Source: an uncultured Planctomycetaceae bacterium (GTDB taxonomy: Bacteria; Planctomycetota; Planctomycetia; Pirellulales; PALSA-1355). From it: a stretch of 64,000 nucleotides of DNA. Each line of letters opens with the position of its first letter. The stretch's first letter is position 1. The stretch is taken from the NCBI GenBank assembly GCA_963785305.1, contig CAWAUV010000007.1:1824001-1888000 (forward strand), in the 5' to 3' direction. Positions 1 through 11,142 of this stretch are shown piece by piece. Below the pieces are notes generated by a model. It was not told where the DNA came from, made no database searches, and worked only from the letters and a program-made list of their open reading frames with translations. Position numbers and translations under genes: made by a program.

Positions 1-59
1 GTAGGGCGAGGGCTCGCCGAAGTTCTCGGATAGGGTGTAAACGACGGAGAACTTCCCGT

Positions 60-1850
60 ATGCCGCGCCGCATGCTCGTGTTTCTGCTCATCTCGCTCGG
101 CTCGGCATTCTTACTCGACCCCCTGGAGACACTGGCCCAAGATTCACGGGGCGCCAGCGCCGCGCTTCCTGGCGCCGGCGAAGTGTTCGGCTTGCAGGCA
201 TTCGTCGATGGTCGCCTGGCGGCCGGAGACACCAAGATTATCGTGCCGCCGGGGCGCTACCGGGTCGTGCCGCGAGGCGGGCATCACCTGTTGCTGCATG
301 ATCTCGACTCGGTGGAGATCATCGCCGATGGCGTCGAGATGGTTTGCACCGAAACCACGCGCGCCGTCACGATTTCGCATTGCCGCAATGTCACCCTGCG
401 GGGCCTCGTGATCGACTACGATCCGCTCCCCTTCACGCAAGGGCGCATCGAAAGCATGTCGCCCGATAAGAAATCGCACGAGATCGCGCTCTTCGATGGC
501 TACCCGGCCGCCGATCTCGCGCGGCGATTCAAGTACGAAATCTTTCGCGCCGACACGCGCACGCTCCGCTCGCCCGATTACGATTTTTCGCTCGCCGTGG
601 TCGATCCGCGCCATATCCGCGTGACCAAGAGCCGCTCGAGCGCCAACGATCCCGAGCAGATCGGCGATATCGCGGTGATCGGCGCTGAATACGCGCCCGG
701 CGGGAGCATTCCCCACGCCGTCGAGTGCGGGGCCAGCGCCGGAGTGCGGCTCGAAAACATCCGAGTCTGGGCCTCGAACTGCTTCGGCTTCATCGAGGTC
801 AATTGCGATGGCACGACCTACGATCATTGCCGGATCGATCGCCGTCCGGCGTCGAACGATCCCGTGTCCCGAGCCGATTCCCGTGTCCGTTCACTCAATG
901 CCGACGCCTATCACAGCAAGCATGCCTTGCGAGGTCCGGCGCTCATCGGCTGCGTGGCGCGATTCATGGGCGACGACGCGGTGAACATTTGCGGCGACTA
1001 TCACATGATTACAGGCTGCCAAGGCGCCGAGCTGCGCGTGCTGGCCAAACACGAACTGAATGTGGCGGTGGGCGAGCCGGTCGAACTGTTCGGCTACGAC
1101 GGTGTGCGCCACGGCGACGCGGTGGTGCTCCGCATTGAACCCGATGGCATGGTGAACGAAGCCGAGAAGCTGTTTCTCGAAAAACAACGCCTGGACGAGC
1201 ACTTCCGCACGGCATGGAACGCCCACGCCTACACGATCACGCTCGATCGCGCGGTCGACCTGCCGCTCGGCTCGCTCTTGGCCTCTACCCGGCGGATGGG
1301 CAACGGTTTCTTGGTGCAAGACTGCGACTTCGGCTCGAATCGTTCGCGTGGCATTCTCATTAAAGCCAGCAATGGCCGGGTGATCGACAACCGGATTGCC
1401 GGCTGCCGCATGGAATCGATCAAAGTGGCGCCCGAGTATTGGTGGCTCGAGAGCGGCAGTTCAAACGAGGTCGAGATTCGCGGCAACACGATTCGTGATT
1501 GCCCGAGCGTGGGCATTGCCGTCTATGCGCTGGGGCGCAAGGCAAGCTCGCGCCCGCGGCGGCGCATCACGGGATCGCGGTGCTGGACAACCGCGTGATC
1601 GCGTGTCCGCTACCGAATATCTACGTCACCTCGACCGATGGCTTGCGGATCGAGCACAACCGCCTCGCGCCGCTGGCGACACAAACCGCCACCGGCTTCG
1701 ACTTCGGCCGAACGAAGCTGGCCCCCGTGATGACCGAAAACTGCACGCATGCCACGATCTCGGACAACACGATCTCGGACAACACGATCTCGGACAACGC
1801 GATCTCGAACGACACGGTCAACGACCGCGCCGGCCGCCGAGCGTTGAGCC
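60..1850 (+). CDS. Secreted right-handed parallel beta-helix (pectin lyase-like, GH110-like) protein; frameshifted near 1545, 3' end uncertain
   Basis: Signal-peptide-like N-terminus; beta-helix motifs (NVTLRGLVIDYDPLPFTQG, NADAYH, GDDAVNI, NRSRGILIKASNGRV, NEVEIRGNTI). The pattern continues in ORF 1499..2050 (IAVLDNRVIAC, LRIEHNRL). Confidence 0.75.
1754..1813 (+). repeat. 15-bp tandem repeat ACGATCTCGGACAAC, three perfect copies plus one degenerate, encoding (TISDN)n
   Basis: Read directly at 1754-1798; degenerate copy at 1799-1813. Confidence 0.9.
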
Positions 1851-1872
1851 GGCGAGGATCGAGCGCGGGCGA

Positions 1873-2356
1873 TCAATACGCGCGGCGATCGCCGCGCCGG
1901 CGCCACTGGGCAAACAGCTCGCGGCATTCCTCGGCCAGTAGGCCCGCCTCCAGCCGCACCGAGCTGCCGCCCATGGCGAGCAGCGACTGGGCTGGAACAC
2001 GCAGCTCATTGAACCCGGCGTCTTCGGCGTCGTCGATCGTGGCGCCGTAATACACCGTTTCGACGCGAGCCCAATGCAAGGCCGCCATGCACATCGGACA
2101 TGGCTCGCAGGTGGTGGCCACGACGGCGCCCGCGAGCAAGATATCGGCCGCCGCGCGGCAGCCGGCCCGCAGCCGCGTTGACTTCGGCATGGGCCGTGAT
2201 ATCGAGCGTCGCCAGCACCGTATTGTGCTCGACGGCGATGAGCTTCGTTCCCAACGCGATTGCGCAGCCAAAGGGGCTTTGGCCCCGGGCAATACCCGCG
2301 TGGGCCACGTCGAGGGCCCGCCGCATGAGCGATTCGGGGTCAAAAGTCGCGGCCAT
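1873..2356 (-). CDS. Nucleoside/guanine deaminase (CDA-fold Zn deaminase); frameshift near 2175
   Basis: MRRAL..A...GQSPFGC and TAHAEVNA in ORF 2006..2617; TTCEPCPMCMAALHWARV in ORF 1873..2550 (HAE and PCxxC motifs). Confidence 0.85.
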
Positions 2357-2531
2357 GATTTCTCGCATCGCGAATGCGGATCGAAAACGAGGTAAATGCG
2401 CGACGGCGCCGGTTTGGCCCTTGCCACGCGCGGCATGCGAACCGCACAATGTCCGCTCGGGTTTTTGATTTTCCACCGAGGCCGGTCCGCCAAGACCGGC
2501 CGGCGCCGCGAGGAAAGACGAGCGACGAGCC

Positions 2532-3547
2532 ATGTCCGATCGACCGACATTCATCTTAAGCGGTTTCGCCGACGAGGCCGCCTTCCAAAAAACCGCTACC
2601 CAGCAATTTGCCGCCATGGCGGCGCTCGGCCTGCAATATTATACGCTCCGCTTCATCGACGCGGGCGCCGGCGTGAAGAATGTAATGCAACTCGGCAAGA
2701 CCGAGATTCAAACCGTTCGCCATCTGGAAGATGAATATGGAATGAACGTCGCCTCGATCGGTTCGCCGATCGGCAAGGTCAAGCTCCAGGATGTCGAGGA
2801 CGGCACGACGAATACGTTCGTGCCCTTCAAGAAATATATCGAGCGCGACGTGAAGAAGGCCTGCGACATGGCCCATGCCTTCGAGACCAAGCTGATTCGC
2901 GGCTTTTCGTTCTATCCTCCGCCGGCGCCAATCCCGCCGACTTCGTGCCGCAAGCCGTCGATCATCTGGGCCAAATCGCCGATGTGTGTTTGCGAAGCGA
3001 CCTGACGTTTGGCGTCGAGATCGAGGCGAATCTCGTCGGGCAAAACGGACACCTGCTCGCCGAGATTCACCGCCAGATCGACCACCCCGCGATCTTGCTG
3101 ATCTTCGACTCCGCGAATATCGTGTGCCAGGGCTACACCACGGCCGAGGTGTTCGAGCAGTACCTCGCGATGCGAAGCGCCATCGGTTGGATGCATGTCA
3201 AGGACTTCCGCCATCCGACTGGCGCGGTTCGCCAGAAGGGCCATGTCGACGAAGAGGCGATCAAGCACTTCGTGCCGGCCGATCAGGGCGAGGGCGCCCA
3301 CGCGGCGATCTTCAAGGATTTTCGCGAACATCTGCCCAAGCTGGCGAACAAGCTCGATCGCCGCGGAATTCCTGGAGTGTTTCTCGATCTCGAACCGCAC
3401 TTGCGCGGCGGCGGTCAGTTCGGCGGCACAAGCGGTCCCGATGGCATGGGTGTCGCGCTCCGCGCCCTGTGCCGAGTGCTCGACTACACGCGAATCGATT
3501 ATCACCTGCGCGACTTCGAGGATATCCTCGCGGTGCGCGGCTACTGA
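2532..3547 (+). CDS. Sugar phosphate isomerase/epimerase (AP endonuclease 2 TIM barrel); frameshift near 2925
   Basis: LSGFADE, IGSPIGK and IRGFSFY in ORF 2532..3005; FD.AN, WMHVKD and LDLEPHL in ORF 2945..3547. Confidence 0.85.
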
Positions 3548-3651
3548 ATCGCCAGTTGGGGACATGCCCGACCGCGAACCGAGCCTCGGCGAGCTTTGCT
3601 CGGCGCTTGCCGAGGTCGAACAACGCCACGCCGGCATTGTTCAACAGGCGC

Positions 3652-6600
3652 CTAGCGCGGGCGGCTGCCCGACGGCGGCTCGGAACCGACTTGCGACATC
3701 TTGAGCTTGAGCACGCGGCTGGTGAGCATCGCCGCTTGCCAGGCCCAAAAGATGGTGATCACGATGCCCGCGGCGGCGGCGGCGCGCATCGTGGCGTCGC
3801 TCGCTTCGCTCAGCCACCAAATGCCGCCGACCGTGGTCAGCGCCCCGGCCGAGAGCAGCCACTTGGTGGTGGCATTGCGGCGCGATGTTTGGCGGCGATG
3901 CGTGTGGATCGCCGCTCGCGCCTGGGCATTGGCCACTTCGCGCATCAGCGCCAAGTCCACGCCGTCGCCGCCGCTCAGCCGCGGCAGATCGGCCAGCGGG
4001 GCTCGCGGCGCTTCGGGCGGCGGCGCCGGCTCGGAACGATCGCCCCGCGACTCGCTGTTGTTGTCGACGCCAGCCGCGGGCGCGGGCGCTTCGGACCGGG
4101 GCGGTTGGGGCTCGGCCGCTCGCGGCGCGGCCACGGGCTTAGCGGCGGGCGCTGCCGCTGGGGCGGGCGAGCCGCCGCGCACTCGGTTCAGCAGCCGCGC
4201 CATGTATTCTTCAATCGACTCTTCATCTTCCTCGCCCGCGGATCGGGCCGCTTGAGGCCGATCGACGCCGCTCGTCGTCTCGGCGTGTTCCGTCGGCCGC
4301 GCTTTGATCGTCGGCTCGGCCGCGGGGCTCCGCCATGTCGACTCGGCTGGGTAGGCGGGCTCGCCCACGTCGCTCGTCGCTTCGGTCGACGAATCGGCGT
4401 GGCCCAAGGCCAGGGGCGCGTCATCCGCCGGATCGATCGACGGATTGTCTTCCGTCGCGTGTCCCATCCTGATGGGCGATTCGGCGAGTTGATCCCGCCA
4501 CGACGGCGCGGCGTCGCGACCCGACGGCGATTCATCGTGGTGTGTCGCGCTATTCGCTCCCTCGTTTGTTTCGGGCTTCAGCAGCGACAGACTCCGCAAC
4601 CGCGCGAAGATCGCATCTTCCGACATCGATCCATCGGCCGCCGCCGCATCCTCCGCCGCGACCCCAGCTTCGGCGGGCCCATCATCGGCAGGCAGGCCGG
4701 TCAAGTCGTTCGAGACTCGGTGGGGTTCCTTCGGTTCTAGCGGAATCTCTTCGCCTTCGAAGGCATCGAGGCCCGCGGCGCCGACATCCGCGGCGTCCAG
4801 TTCCGTGGCATCGACGCTCGTCGCCGCGGGAATCGAAGCCGCGATGCCGGCGGCGCCAATCTCGCTCGCGGTTTCGTGGGGCGCGGGCGCTTCATTCAGC
4901 CGCTCGCGCGCAAGCGCCAGTTCGCGGCGTTCGGTTTCGAGTTCTTGCCAAGCCGATGCGATTTGCTGATCAGCGCCATCGATCGCTTCTCGGAGCGAAC
5001 GTTGCTCCTCGGCGATCGCGGCCAAGCGGGCCCGTTCGGCGGCGATCGCTTCGCGCTCGTTCGCGAGTTCCGCGGCTTCGGCGGCTTGGCGATCGACGAT
5101 TTCCTGGCTGAGCGTGGCATGCGATGCGTGCTGTTCGGCAAGCCGCGCCTGCTCGGCTTCATGCGCAAGCAACCGCGATTGCAATTCGGTTTCGCGCGCT
5201 TCGACCGCCGCCAAACGGGCCAAAGCGGTCGCTTCGAGCTCGGCGGCGCGTTCGGCCGCGGCGCGCGTCTCGGCCAGAAGCGCGGCGTCGGCCGCGGCGG
5301 CATGCGACTGGGCGTCATTTCGGGCCGCGGAAAGCTCGGCCTCGAGGCGCTCGATCGCACGCTCTTGCTCCGCAATTCGCTCGCCCCGCGATTGATCGCG
5401 GGCCTGCCACTCCGACTCGGCGAGTCGATGCGCCGACTCGATTTCTTCCAGCCGCTCGCCCGCGATCTGAAGCTGCCGCGTGGCTTCGGCCACTTGTGAT
5501 TCCGCGGCCTGAAGCCGCGGCGCGAGGGCCGCGAGCTCGTTCCGACCCGCGTCGCGCTGGGAATGTTCGTGTTCGAGTTCGCCGCGTAGCGTATCGAGTT
5601 GCCCACGAAGCGCATTGACTTCGCCACGCAATGTGTCGAGCTCGGCTTGCCGCGACGCCGCGTCGGCTTGGGCCTGACCATGGCGCTCGCGCCATTGCTG
5701 GCACTGATCGAGGGCCGCGGCGAGTTGGGCCTCCAATTCAATCGACCGACCACCAGCGTCGGTGAACCGCGCCGCGGCCGACGCGGCTTCGGCGGCCAGC
5801 GCGTCGCGCTCGGCCTCGAGTTCGCTTCGCTCGCGCCGCGCGGCTTCCAATCGCTCGGCGAGCGAGTCGCGCTCGGCGAGCCAACTGGCGAGCTCCGTGC
5901 CGCGCGTCGCTTGCCATTCGGCCTGCTGTTCTTGGAGCGAGGCCCGCTCGTCTTGGAGCGCGGCCTGCTGCTCGTGGAGCGCGGCCATCGCGACGTCGAG
6001 CTCGGCTTCGCGCTGCCGGCATGCGTCGAGCGCGGCCTGATGTTCGACTTCGGACCGGGCCAAAGCGGTTCGCTGAACTTCGAGCCCGTTGAGCGTTTCG
6101 AGTTGGGTTGCCCGAAGTTCCTCGGCTCGCGCATTGAGCTCGTCGCGCTCGGTGGCCAAGGCGGTGGCGCGGGATTCGGCGTGTTCGAGCCGCTGGGCGA
6201 TGGTTTGCTCGAGCAAGGCGCGTTCTTCGAGCCACGCGGCGCGTTCGAGTTCGAGGTCTTGCCGACGTGCTTCCCAAACCTGCCCGAGAGCGGCGATTTC
6301 TTGTCGCTCGGCATCGAGTTCGGCTTCCGCGCGGCGGATTTCCGCCGCTTGCTCGGCGCCGAGAGTTTCGCCGCGAACCCGTTCCGCGGCGCAGTCGGCC
6401 CGCGCGGCGTCGCACTCGGCGAGCGCAACGGCAAGCCGCGATTCAAGGTCGTCGATCCGCTCGGCGAGCGCGGCGCGTTCGGTCGCCAGCTCGGTGGCGG
6501 CGCGGGCCTCGAGCGCGGCGTGGGCTGTTTCCAGTTCTTGTCGCCGCCGCTCGGCGGCTTCGCGCTGGAGATCGAGTTCGGCGGCGGCGGCGGCGATCGC

Positions 6601-7284
6601 TTCCGCGCAGCGCGCGAGCGCGGCTTGCGTCTCACGTTGTTCTTCTTCCCAGCGAGCTTGCCGAGCCAACAATTCGGCCTCGGCGCTTTGGATTGTTTCC
6701 AGGCGATGATGGGCTTCGAGACGTTCGGCCGAAAGCTTCACCTGGCGCGACCGCCACAGTTCGCGGCACGCGCGTTCCTCTTCCTCGAGCGCCAATCGCC
6801 GCGCCTTCAGTTGGCCGAGGCGGGCCGCGAGCCGGCTCTCCCGTTCGGCAAGCCGCCGCGCGTCGCGATCATGCGCGGGCCGCTCGCGGGTGGCGTCGCT
6901 CGCCGGCGCCGCCGAGGGGGCCTTATTCACTTTGCTCGCTTTGTTCGCTTTCCAAGAAAGCACTTCGATCTCGACCGAGCCGATGCGGAGCCGATCGCCT
7001 ACCTTGAGCGCCGCGTCGTGGCAGCGCTCGCCATTGAGGAGCACATCGCCGCGCCAACAACGCACGGCCATCGCCGCCGAGCCGCCGAGAATCGTGCAGT
7101 GCAGCGGCGCGATCTCGGGCGCCGTGAGTTGAACCCCGCAATTGGGATCGGCCCCGATCGTGCATTTCGCCCCGCGGACGCGCACCGTGCGGCTCGCGCC
7201 ATCGGGTTCGAGAATTCGCAGCGCCAACCGGCCGGCGGCGAGCATGCCCCCGCGTTGCGAATCGAGCGAAATGGATGGACTCAT
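3652..7284 (-). CDS. FHA-domain, long coiled-coil, C-terminally membrane-anchored protein (~1210 aa)
   Basis: N-terminal FHA-like segment (CTIGADPNC..L..PEIAPLHC.I...LNG....A.L..GDRLRIG); long E/A/R/Q/L heptad-rich region; acidic/Pro-rich linker; two hydrophobic helices at the C-terminus. Confidence 0.75.
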   Translation of the reverse strand: MSPSISLDSQRGGMLAAGRLALRILEPDGASRTVRVRGAKCTIGADPNCGVQLTAPEIAPLHCTILGGSAAMAVRCWRGDVLLNGERCHDAALKVGDRLRIGSVEIEVLSWKANKASKVNKAPSAAPASDATRERPAHDRDARRLAERESRLAARLGQLKARRLALEEEERACRELWRSRQVKLSAERLEAHHRLETIQSAEAELLARQARWEEEQRETQAALARCAEAIAAAAAELDLQREAAERRRQELETAHAALEARAATELATERAALAERIDDLESRLAVALAECDAARADCAAERVRGETLGAEQAAEIRRAEAELDAERQEIAALGQVWEARRQDLELERAAWLEERALLEQTIAQRLEHAESRATALATERDELNARAEELRATQLETLNGLEVQRTALARSEVEHQAALDACRQREAELDVAMAALHEQQAALQDERASLQEQQAEWQATRGTELASWLAERDSLAERLEAARRERSELEAERDALAAEAASAAARFTDAGGRSIELEAQLAAALDQCQQWRERHGQAQADAASRQAELDTLRGEVNALRGQLDTLRGELEHEHSQRDAGRNELAALAPRLQAAESQVAEATRQLQIAGERLEEIESAHRLAESEWQARDQSRGERIAEQERAIERLEAELSAARNDAQSHAAAADAALLAETRAAAERAAELEATALARLAAVEARETELQSRLLAHEAEQARLAEQHASHATLSQEIVDRQAAEAAELANEREAIAAERARLAAIAEEQRSLREAIDGADQQIASAWQELETERRELALARERLNEAPAPHETASEIGAAGIAASIPAATSVDATELDAADVGAAGLDAFEGEEIPLEPKEPHRVSNDLTGLPADDGPAEAGVAAEDAAAADGSMSEDAIFARLRSLSLLKPETNEGANSATHHDESPSGRDAAPSWRDQLAESPIRMGHATEDNPSIDPADDAPLALGHADSSTEATSDVGEPAYPAESTWRSPAAEPTIKARPTEHAETTSGVDRPQAARSAGEEDEESIEEYMARLLNRVRGGSPAPAAAPAAKPVAAPRAAEPQPPRSEAPAPAAGVDNNSESRGDRSEPAPPPEAPRAPLADLPRLSGGDGVDLALMREVANAQARAAIHTHRRQTSRRNATTKWLLSAGALTTVGGIWWLSEASDATMRAAAAAGIVITIFWAWQAAMLTSRVLKLKMSQVGSEPPSGSRPR

Positions 7285-8001
7285 GGCGGGGCGAACCTTA
7301 TTGGGAGGCGAGGCGGCGAACCTCCACGGCGGAGGGCCGTCGTAAAGGGCGCCGGGCAGACGAACGCGGTTTGTCGTGGCAAGTTGCTTGCGAGCGGGAC
7401 GGCGGCGAGGCGGATAGCGTCCGTTCGAGGGCGCCAGCATCGACCGCCGATGCCGAAAGGCAACATAGGGATGTAAGTTACGCCGGCCCGACTGTCAAAT
7501 CGCGGATGGCCCCGGGACCGTCAAACACGGTAATCGGGGAAATGGCGTGGTATTTTTCGTCGGATTACCCCGAAAGCACTGCATATCCTTGCCGGTTATG
7601 TCGATTATCCCTTTGTCGCGTTTCGGGCAGTTTGCTGGACCGCAAGCACGACGCCGCGATGCACGCTCCCCAAGTGTCCTTGGAGATCGACAGCGGGCTC
7701 GCGCCGGCCGGGGGCAAAAGCACGCGGCGACCGAAGGCTAATGATTGCCGGAAACCAAGTTGCGATCCGCGAACGGCGGGAAAAAAAGGTCAAGGAAGAT
7801 CAACCGAACGGCCGACCCTTTTTGGCCCGGTTGCGTACTATATTTTGATTGCCGACGACCCGGCACGGTCGCGACGCAATCCCGAACAGAGGCGTTTTTC
7901 CACCCAGCACCATTTTTGAGGCGCGATCGGCTCGGAGAGTCACAGGACCCGCGGGGGCTGTATTTGCACGCTGATCGAGACGGAGAGAGAGGGTTAGGGG
8001 C

Positions 8002-8448
8002 ATGGCACGTAAAGACCAGATTCTCAGCATGCGGCAGATTCTTATCAAACGACGCGACGCGCTCCGCACCGCGCTGGCCGGCGACTTGAGCTTGCTCAAG
8101 GAACTGCGGGCCCAGACGGCGGGCGATGTCGTCGACGCCGCTCTCGACTCGGCTCAGGACGAGATCAGCAGCCAACTCGCGGAAGTCGAAAGCCGCGAAC
8201 TGGCGAGCATTGAAAACGCCCTCGAGCGAATGCGCGACGGCCACTACGGCGCCTGCGAAGGCTGTGGCTGCTCGATTCCCATGGCGCGGCTCAATGCGCT
8301 GCCCTATGCAACCTTTTGCATCGAGTGCCAGCGCGAAGCCGAACGCTACGGCTCGCAGAATCGCCACGAAGCCGATTGGGGTCGCATGGCCGATCCAAGC
8401 GGCGACTCGGATGTGACGATCAACGATATCGAACTCGACGTTTCCTGA
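8002..8448 (+). CDS. dksA: TraR/DksA family transcription factor
   Basis: Coiled coil with DxxDxA tip (GDVVDAA); C4 zinc finger YGACEGC...IPMARLNALPYATFCIEC. Confidence 0.9.
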   Translation: MARKDQILSMRQILIKRRDALRTALAGDLSLLKELRAQTAGDVVDAALDSAQDEISSQLAEVESRELASIENALERMRDGHYGACEGCGCSIPMARLNALPYATFCIECQREAERYGSQNRHEADWGRMADPSGDSDVTINDIELDVS

Positions 8449-8596
8449 ACCCCAGCGACCGGGCCAGGAAAATTGAACCACGCCATTCGCGGCGCGGGTG
8501 GAATTCATTCCGCTCGCGCCGCGGGTTTGCGCGCTCGCTCGATCAGGTCGACCGTTCGGACTCGTGCTTCATCGAACGGGGCCCGATCCGCGTCGG

Positions 8597-10333
8597 TCAA
8601 CCGTCGCCGCGCGCGTTCCTTCGCTGGCGATAGTATTTCAGCCCCGGAAAAAAGAAGCAGCCCGCCGACACGAAGCCATAGAGCGAAATGCCCCAGCGAT
8701 ATCCGCGGCGCTCGAGCCAAGCCATCGCGGCCGCGGTGGCGAAGAGCGCGGCGGCCTGGGCATAGAACCGCCCCGTGAGCATGCCCGCCTTGCCGACGAA
8801 CACCATGCCGCTTGTCAGGGCGAGAATCGGCGAAAGCGTGAGCACCGGCATGCCGAGCAGCATCTCGATCCAAAACAAAAGGGCAATGCTCACCACGCCC
8901 GCCGCCCAGAGATGGGCCACTTGCCGTTCGACGAATGTCACCGGCCCGGCCCGGCGGCGGAGCGTCCAGAAAATGACGGCCCAGGCGCCCAAGCCCACGG
9001 TCCAAAGTCCCAGATAGGGCCAGGGCGACGCTTCGCCGCACCACTCGAGAATGTTGGTCGCCAGCGAAATAACGATCAGCGCCAAGCTGTGCCACATCCA
9101 CAGAAGGCCCCAGTTCTTCAGCACGGTCGCATGATGCGTCTCGCGGAACAATCGAGCCACGACTTGCCCCAGTCGACCGCTCCGGGCCGAAATCGGCTCA
9201 TCGGCCAGATACGCCGCCAAATCGTCGGCCAAGGCCGCGGCTGAAGCGTAGCGCAGGTCGCTCGGCTTTTGTAGGCACTTGAGCGAGATCATCTCCAGCT
9301 CGCGATTCGCCCGCGGATTGAGCAAACGCGGCGGGACCGGGTCTTGCTCCAAAACGAGCAGCATCGTGTCGACCGGCGTCGCCGCTTGAAACGGCGGACG
9401 GCCCGAGAGCATTTGATACAAGATCGCTCCCAGGCTAAACACATCACTCGCCGCGCTCAGCCGACCTCGCCCGCCGACGGCTTGCTCGGGGGCCATGTAA
9501 TTCGGCGTGCCGACGATCGCGCCGGTTTGCGTTAGCTGCGCGTCGTCGCTCACCTGCTTGGCCAGCCCGAAGTCGGTCACCAACGGATTGCCTTCGCGAT
9601 CGATCAAAATATTCGACGGCTTGAGATCGCGATGCAAGATACCGCGCTCATGGGCATAGTGAATCGCCCGGCACACCGGCTCGAGCAGCCGGGCCGCGGC
9701 GCGCGAGTCGATGGGGCCGGCGGCCAGCATTTGGCCGAGGGTCTGGCCGGCGACGAACCGCATCGTGTAATAGGGTCGCCCGGCGAGCTCGCCGACTTCG
9801 TAAATCGGCACGATATGCGGATGATCGAGCTGGGCCACGGCCTGAGTCTCGGCCTGAAATCGCGATAAGCAGCCGGCCGACGCTAGCTCTCCGGCCAGAA
9901 GCATCTTGAGCGCCACCTCGCGGTCGAGGCTCATCTGGCGCGCACGATACACGACCCCCATGCCGCCGCGCCCCAGCTCGCCGAGCAGCAGATAATCGCC
10001 CGAGCGGCGAGGCACATGGGCCGTCGGCAAGGGCGTCGGCAACGGTTCCAGCCGCCGGGACTCGCTCTCGCGCGGCGCGTGCGAGGTGGCGGCTGCGCTC
10101 TCGGCCACGAGCACCGTCGCCCAGAGCTCGCGCAGCTCCTGCTCGAATTCGGCATGTTCCACGACGAGGCGATCGATGTCGGGCACGCGTCCCGACCGCA
10201 GGGCGTCGGTCATCTGATCGAGCAGCAAAGCGAGCCGCGCGTCGCCGACCGTGGCAAGATCGTCGTCGAATTCCGCGTCTTTCGCGGCGGGAAACGCGTC
10301 GGTCGGAAAGCTCGGGTCGGCGATCGGCTTCAT
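8597..10333 (-). CDS. Hanks-type Ser/Thr protein kinase with a multi-TM C-terminal domain
   Basis: GELGRGGMGVVY, VALK, HRDLKPSN, DFGLAK, GTPNYMAPEQ, DVFSLG; about six hydrophobic helices at the C-terminus. Confidence 0.95.
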   Translation of the reverse strand: MKPIADPSFPTDAFPAAKDAEFDDDLATVGDARLALLLDQMTDALRSGRVPDIDRLVVEHAEFEQELRELWATVLVAESAAATSHAPRESESRRLEPLPTPLPTAHVPRRSGDYLLLGELGRGGMGVVYRARQMSLDREVALKMLLAGELASAGCLSRFQAETQAVAQLDHPHIVPIYEVGELAGRPYYTMRFVAGQTLGQMLAAGPIDSRAAARLLEPVCRAIHYAHERGILHRDLKPSNILIDREGNPLVTDFGLAKQVSDDAQLTQTGAIVGTPNYMAPEQAVGGRGRLSAASDVFSLGAILYQMLSGRPPFQAATPVDTMLLVLEQDPVPPRLLNPRANRELEMISLKCLQKPSDLRYASAAALADDLAAYLADEPISARSGRLGQVVARLFRETHHATVLKNWGLLWMWHSLALIVISLATNILEWCGEASPWPYLGLWTVGLGAWAVIFWTLRRRAGPVTFVERQVAHLWAAGVVSIALLFWIEMLLGMPVLTLSPILALTSGMVFVGKAGMLTGRFYAQAAALFATAAAMAWLERRGYRWGISLYGFVSAGCFFFPGLKYYRQRRNARGDG

Positions 10334-11010
10334 GCGTCGCGCCTCTGTTCCCAGCCAAGGCCGAGGCCGCCCCCGCCGGCCGCGTCGAGTGATCGACGCA
10401 GCCGCCGCACCGCCCGTAGGTAACGCATGCCGGCGGCCGGCTCGCTGATTTCGAGCGCTCGGGCGACTTCCGAATTCGAAAGCTGCTCGAAGTGCCGCAT
10501 TAAAATCACCTCGCGATCCAGGGCGTCGAGCAGGCCGATGGCCGCTTGAAAGCGGGTTTCGAGTTCGCGGCGCGTGGCGGCGGTGGCGGGCGTGAGCTCC
10601 CGATCGACGAGTCGGCCGGCAAGGTTCATGGCCGAGGAATCATCGTGCGCGGGAGCATCGATGCGTTGCTCGCGATCCATGCTGCGCCGGCCGGCGACGC
10701 GGTGGCGGCGGTAGGCGTCGATCACGCCATCGCGCGCGATTTGCCGCAGCCACAGGCGAAAGGGCATCTTGCCGGCCGCGGCGCCGGTCAGGTAACCCGG
10801 CAGCCGACGATTGGCCTCGATCAGCACATCTTGCACGATATCGCTGGCGTCGACCCGCGGCTGAATGGCCCGATCAAGACGCGCTTCGACAACGCGTCGC
10901 AGCGCCTCGCGATGCCGCTCGAAGAGGCGATTCACGGCGTCGTTGTCGCCATCTTGGGCTTTGAGCAGCAGCTCATGGGTCTGCGAGCGATCGGGCCACA
11001 TGCGAGACAT
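10330..11010 (-). CDS. ECF sigma-70 factor, planctomycete kinase-associated type
   Basis: GD..AVNRLFERHR, RVDASDIVQD, FRLWLRQIA, DREVILMRHFEQLSNSEVA; ATGA overlap with the kinase start. Confidence 0.9.
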   Translation of the reverse strand: MSRMWPDRSQTHELLLKAQDGDNDAVNRLFERHREALRRVVEARLDRAIQPRVDASDIVQDVLIEANRRLPGYLTGAAAGKMPFRLWLRQIARDGVIDAYRRHRVAGRRSMDREQRIDAPAHDDSSAMNLAGRLVDRELTPATAATRRELETRFQAAIGLLDALDREVILMRHFEQLSNSEVARALEISEPAAGMRYLRAVRRLRRSLDAAGGGGLGLGWEQRRDA

Positions 11011-11037
11011 TTCCAAAGAGTGTGGGACTCTTTCAGT

Positions 11038-11064
11038 CTAGCAGCCCGTTGAAATATTCAACAG
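11038..11064. repeat. Short palindromic element CTAGCAGCCCGTTGAAATATTCAACAG (family with 15190-15255 and 19827-19859)
   Basis: Near-identical to the reverse complement of 19830-19856; same TAGCAGCC end as 15190. Confidence 0.6.
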
Positions 11065-11142
11065 TCCGAGCCGCCGCATGAACGCGGCGACGAGCTTTGC
11101 TCGGCGCTTGGCGAGGAGTTGGTCTTCGCGGTCGAGTATTTT

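Noticed and set aside
3652..7440. SMC chromosome partition protein
   Set aside because: No Walker A/B, signature motif or hinge; only generic coiled coil. The ORF-track start at 7440 is probably too long.
2986..7476. Long + strand ORFs 2986..4740 and 5599..7476
   Set aside because: Arg/Gly-rich shadow frames antisense to or overlapping well-supported genes in high-GC DNA.
7285..8001. ncRNA in the 720-bp divergent gap before dksA
   Set aside because: Only scattered short hairpins, as expected for GC-rich DNA; no recognisable RNA family.
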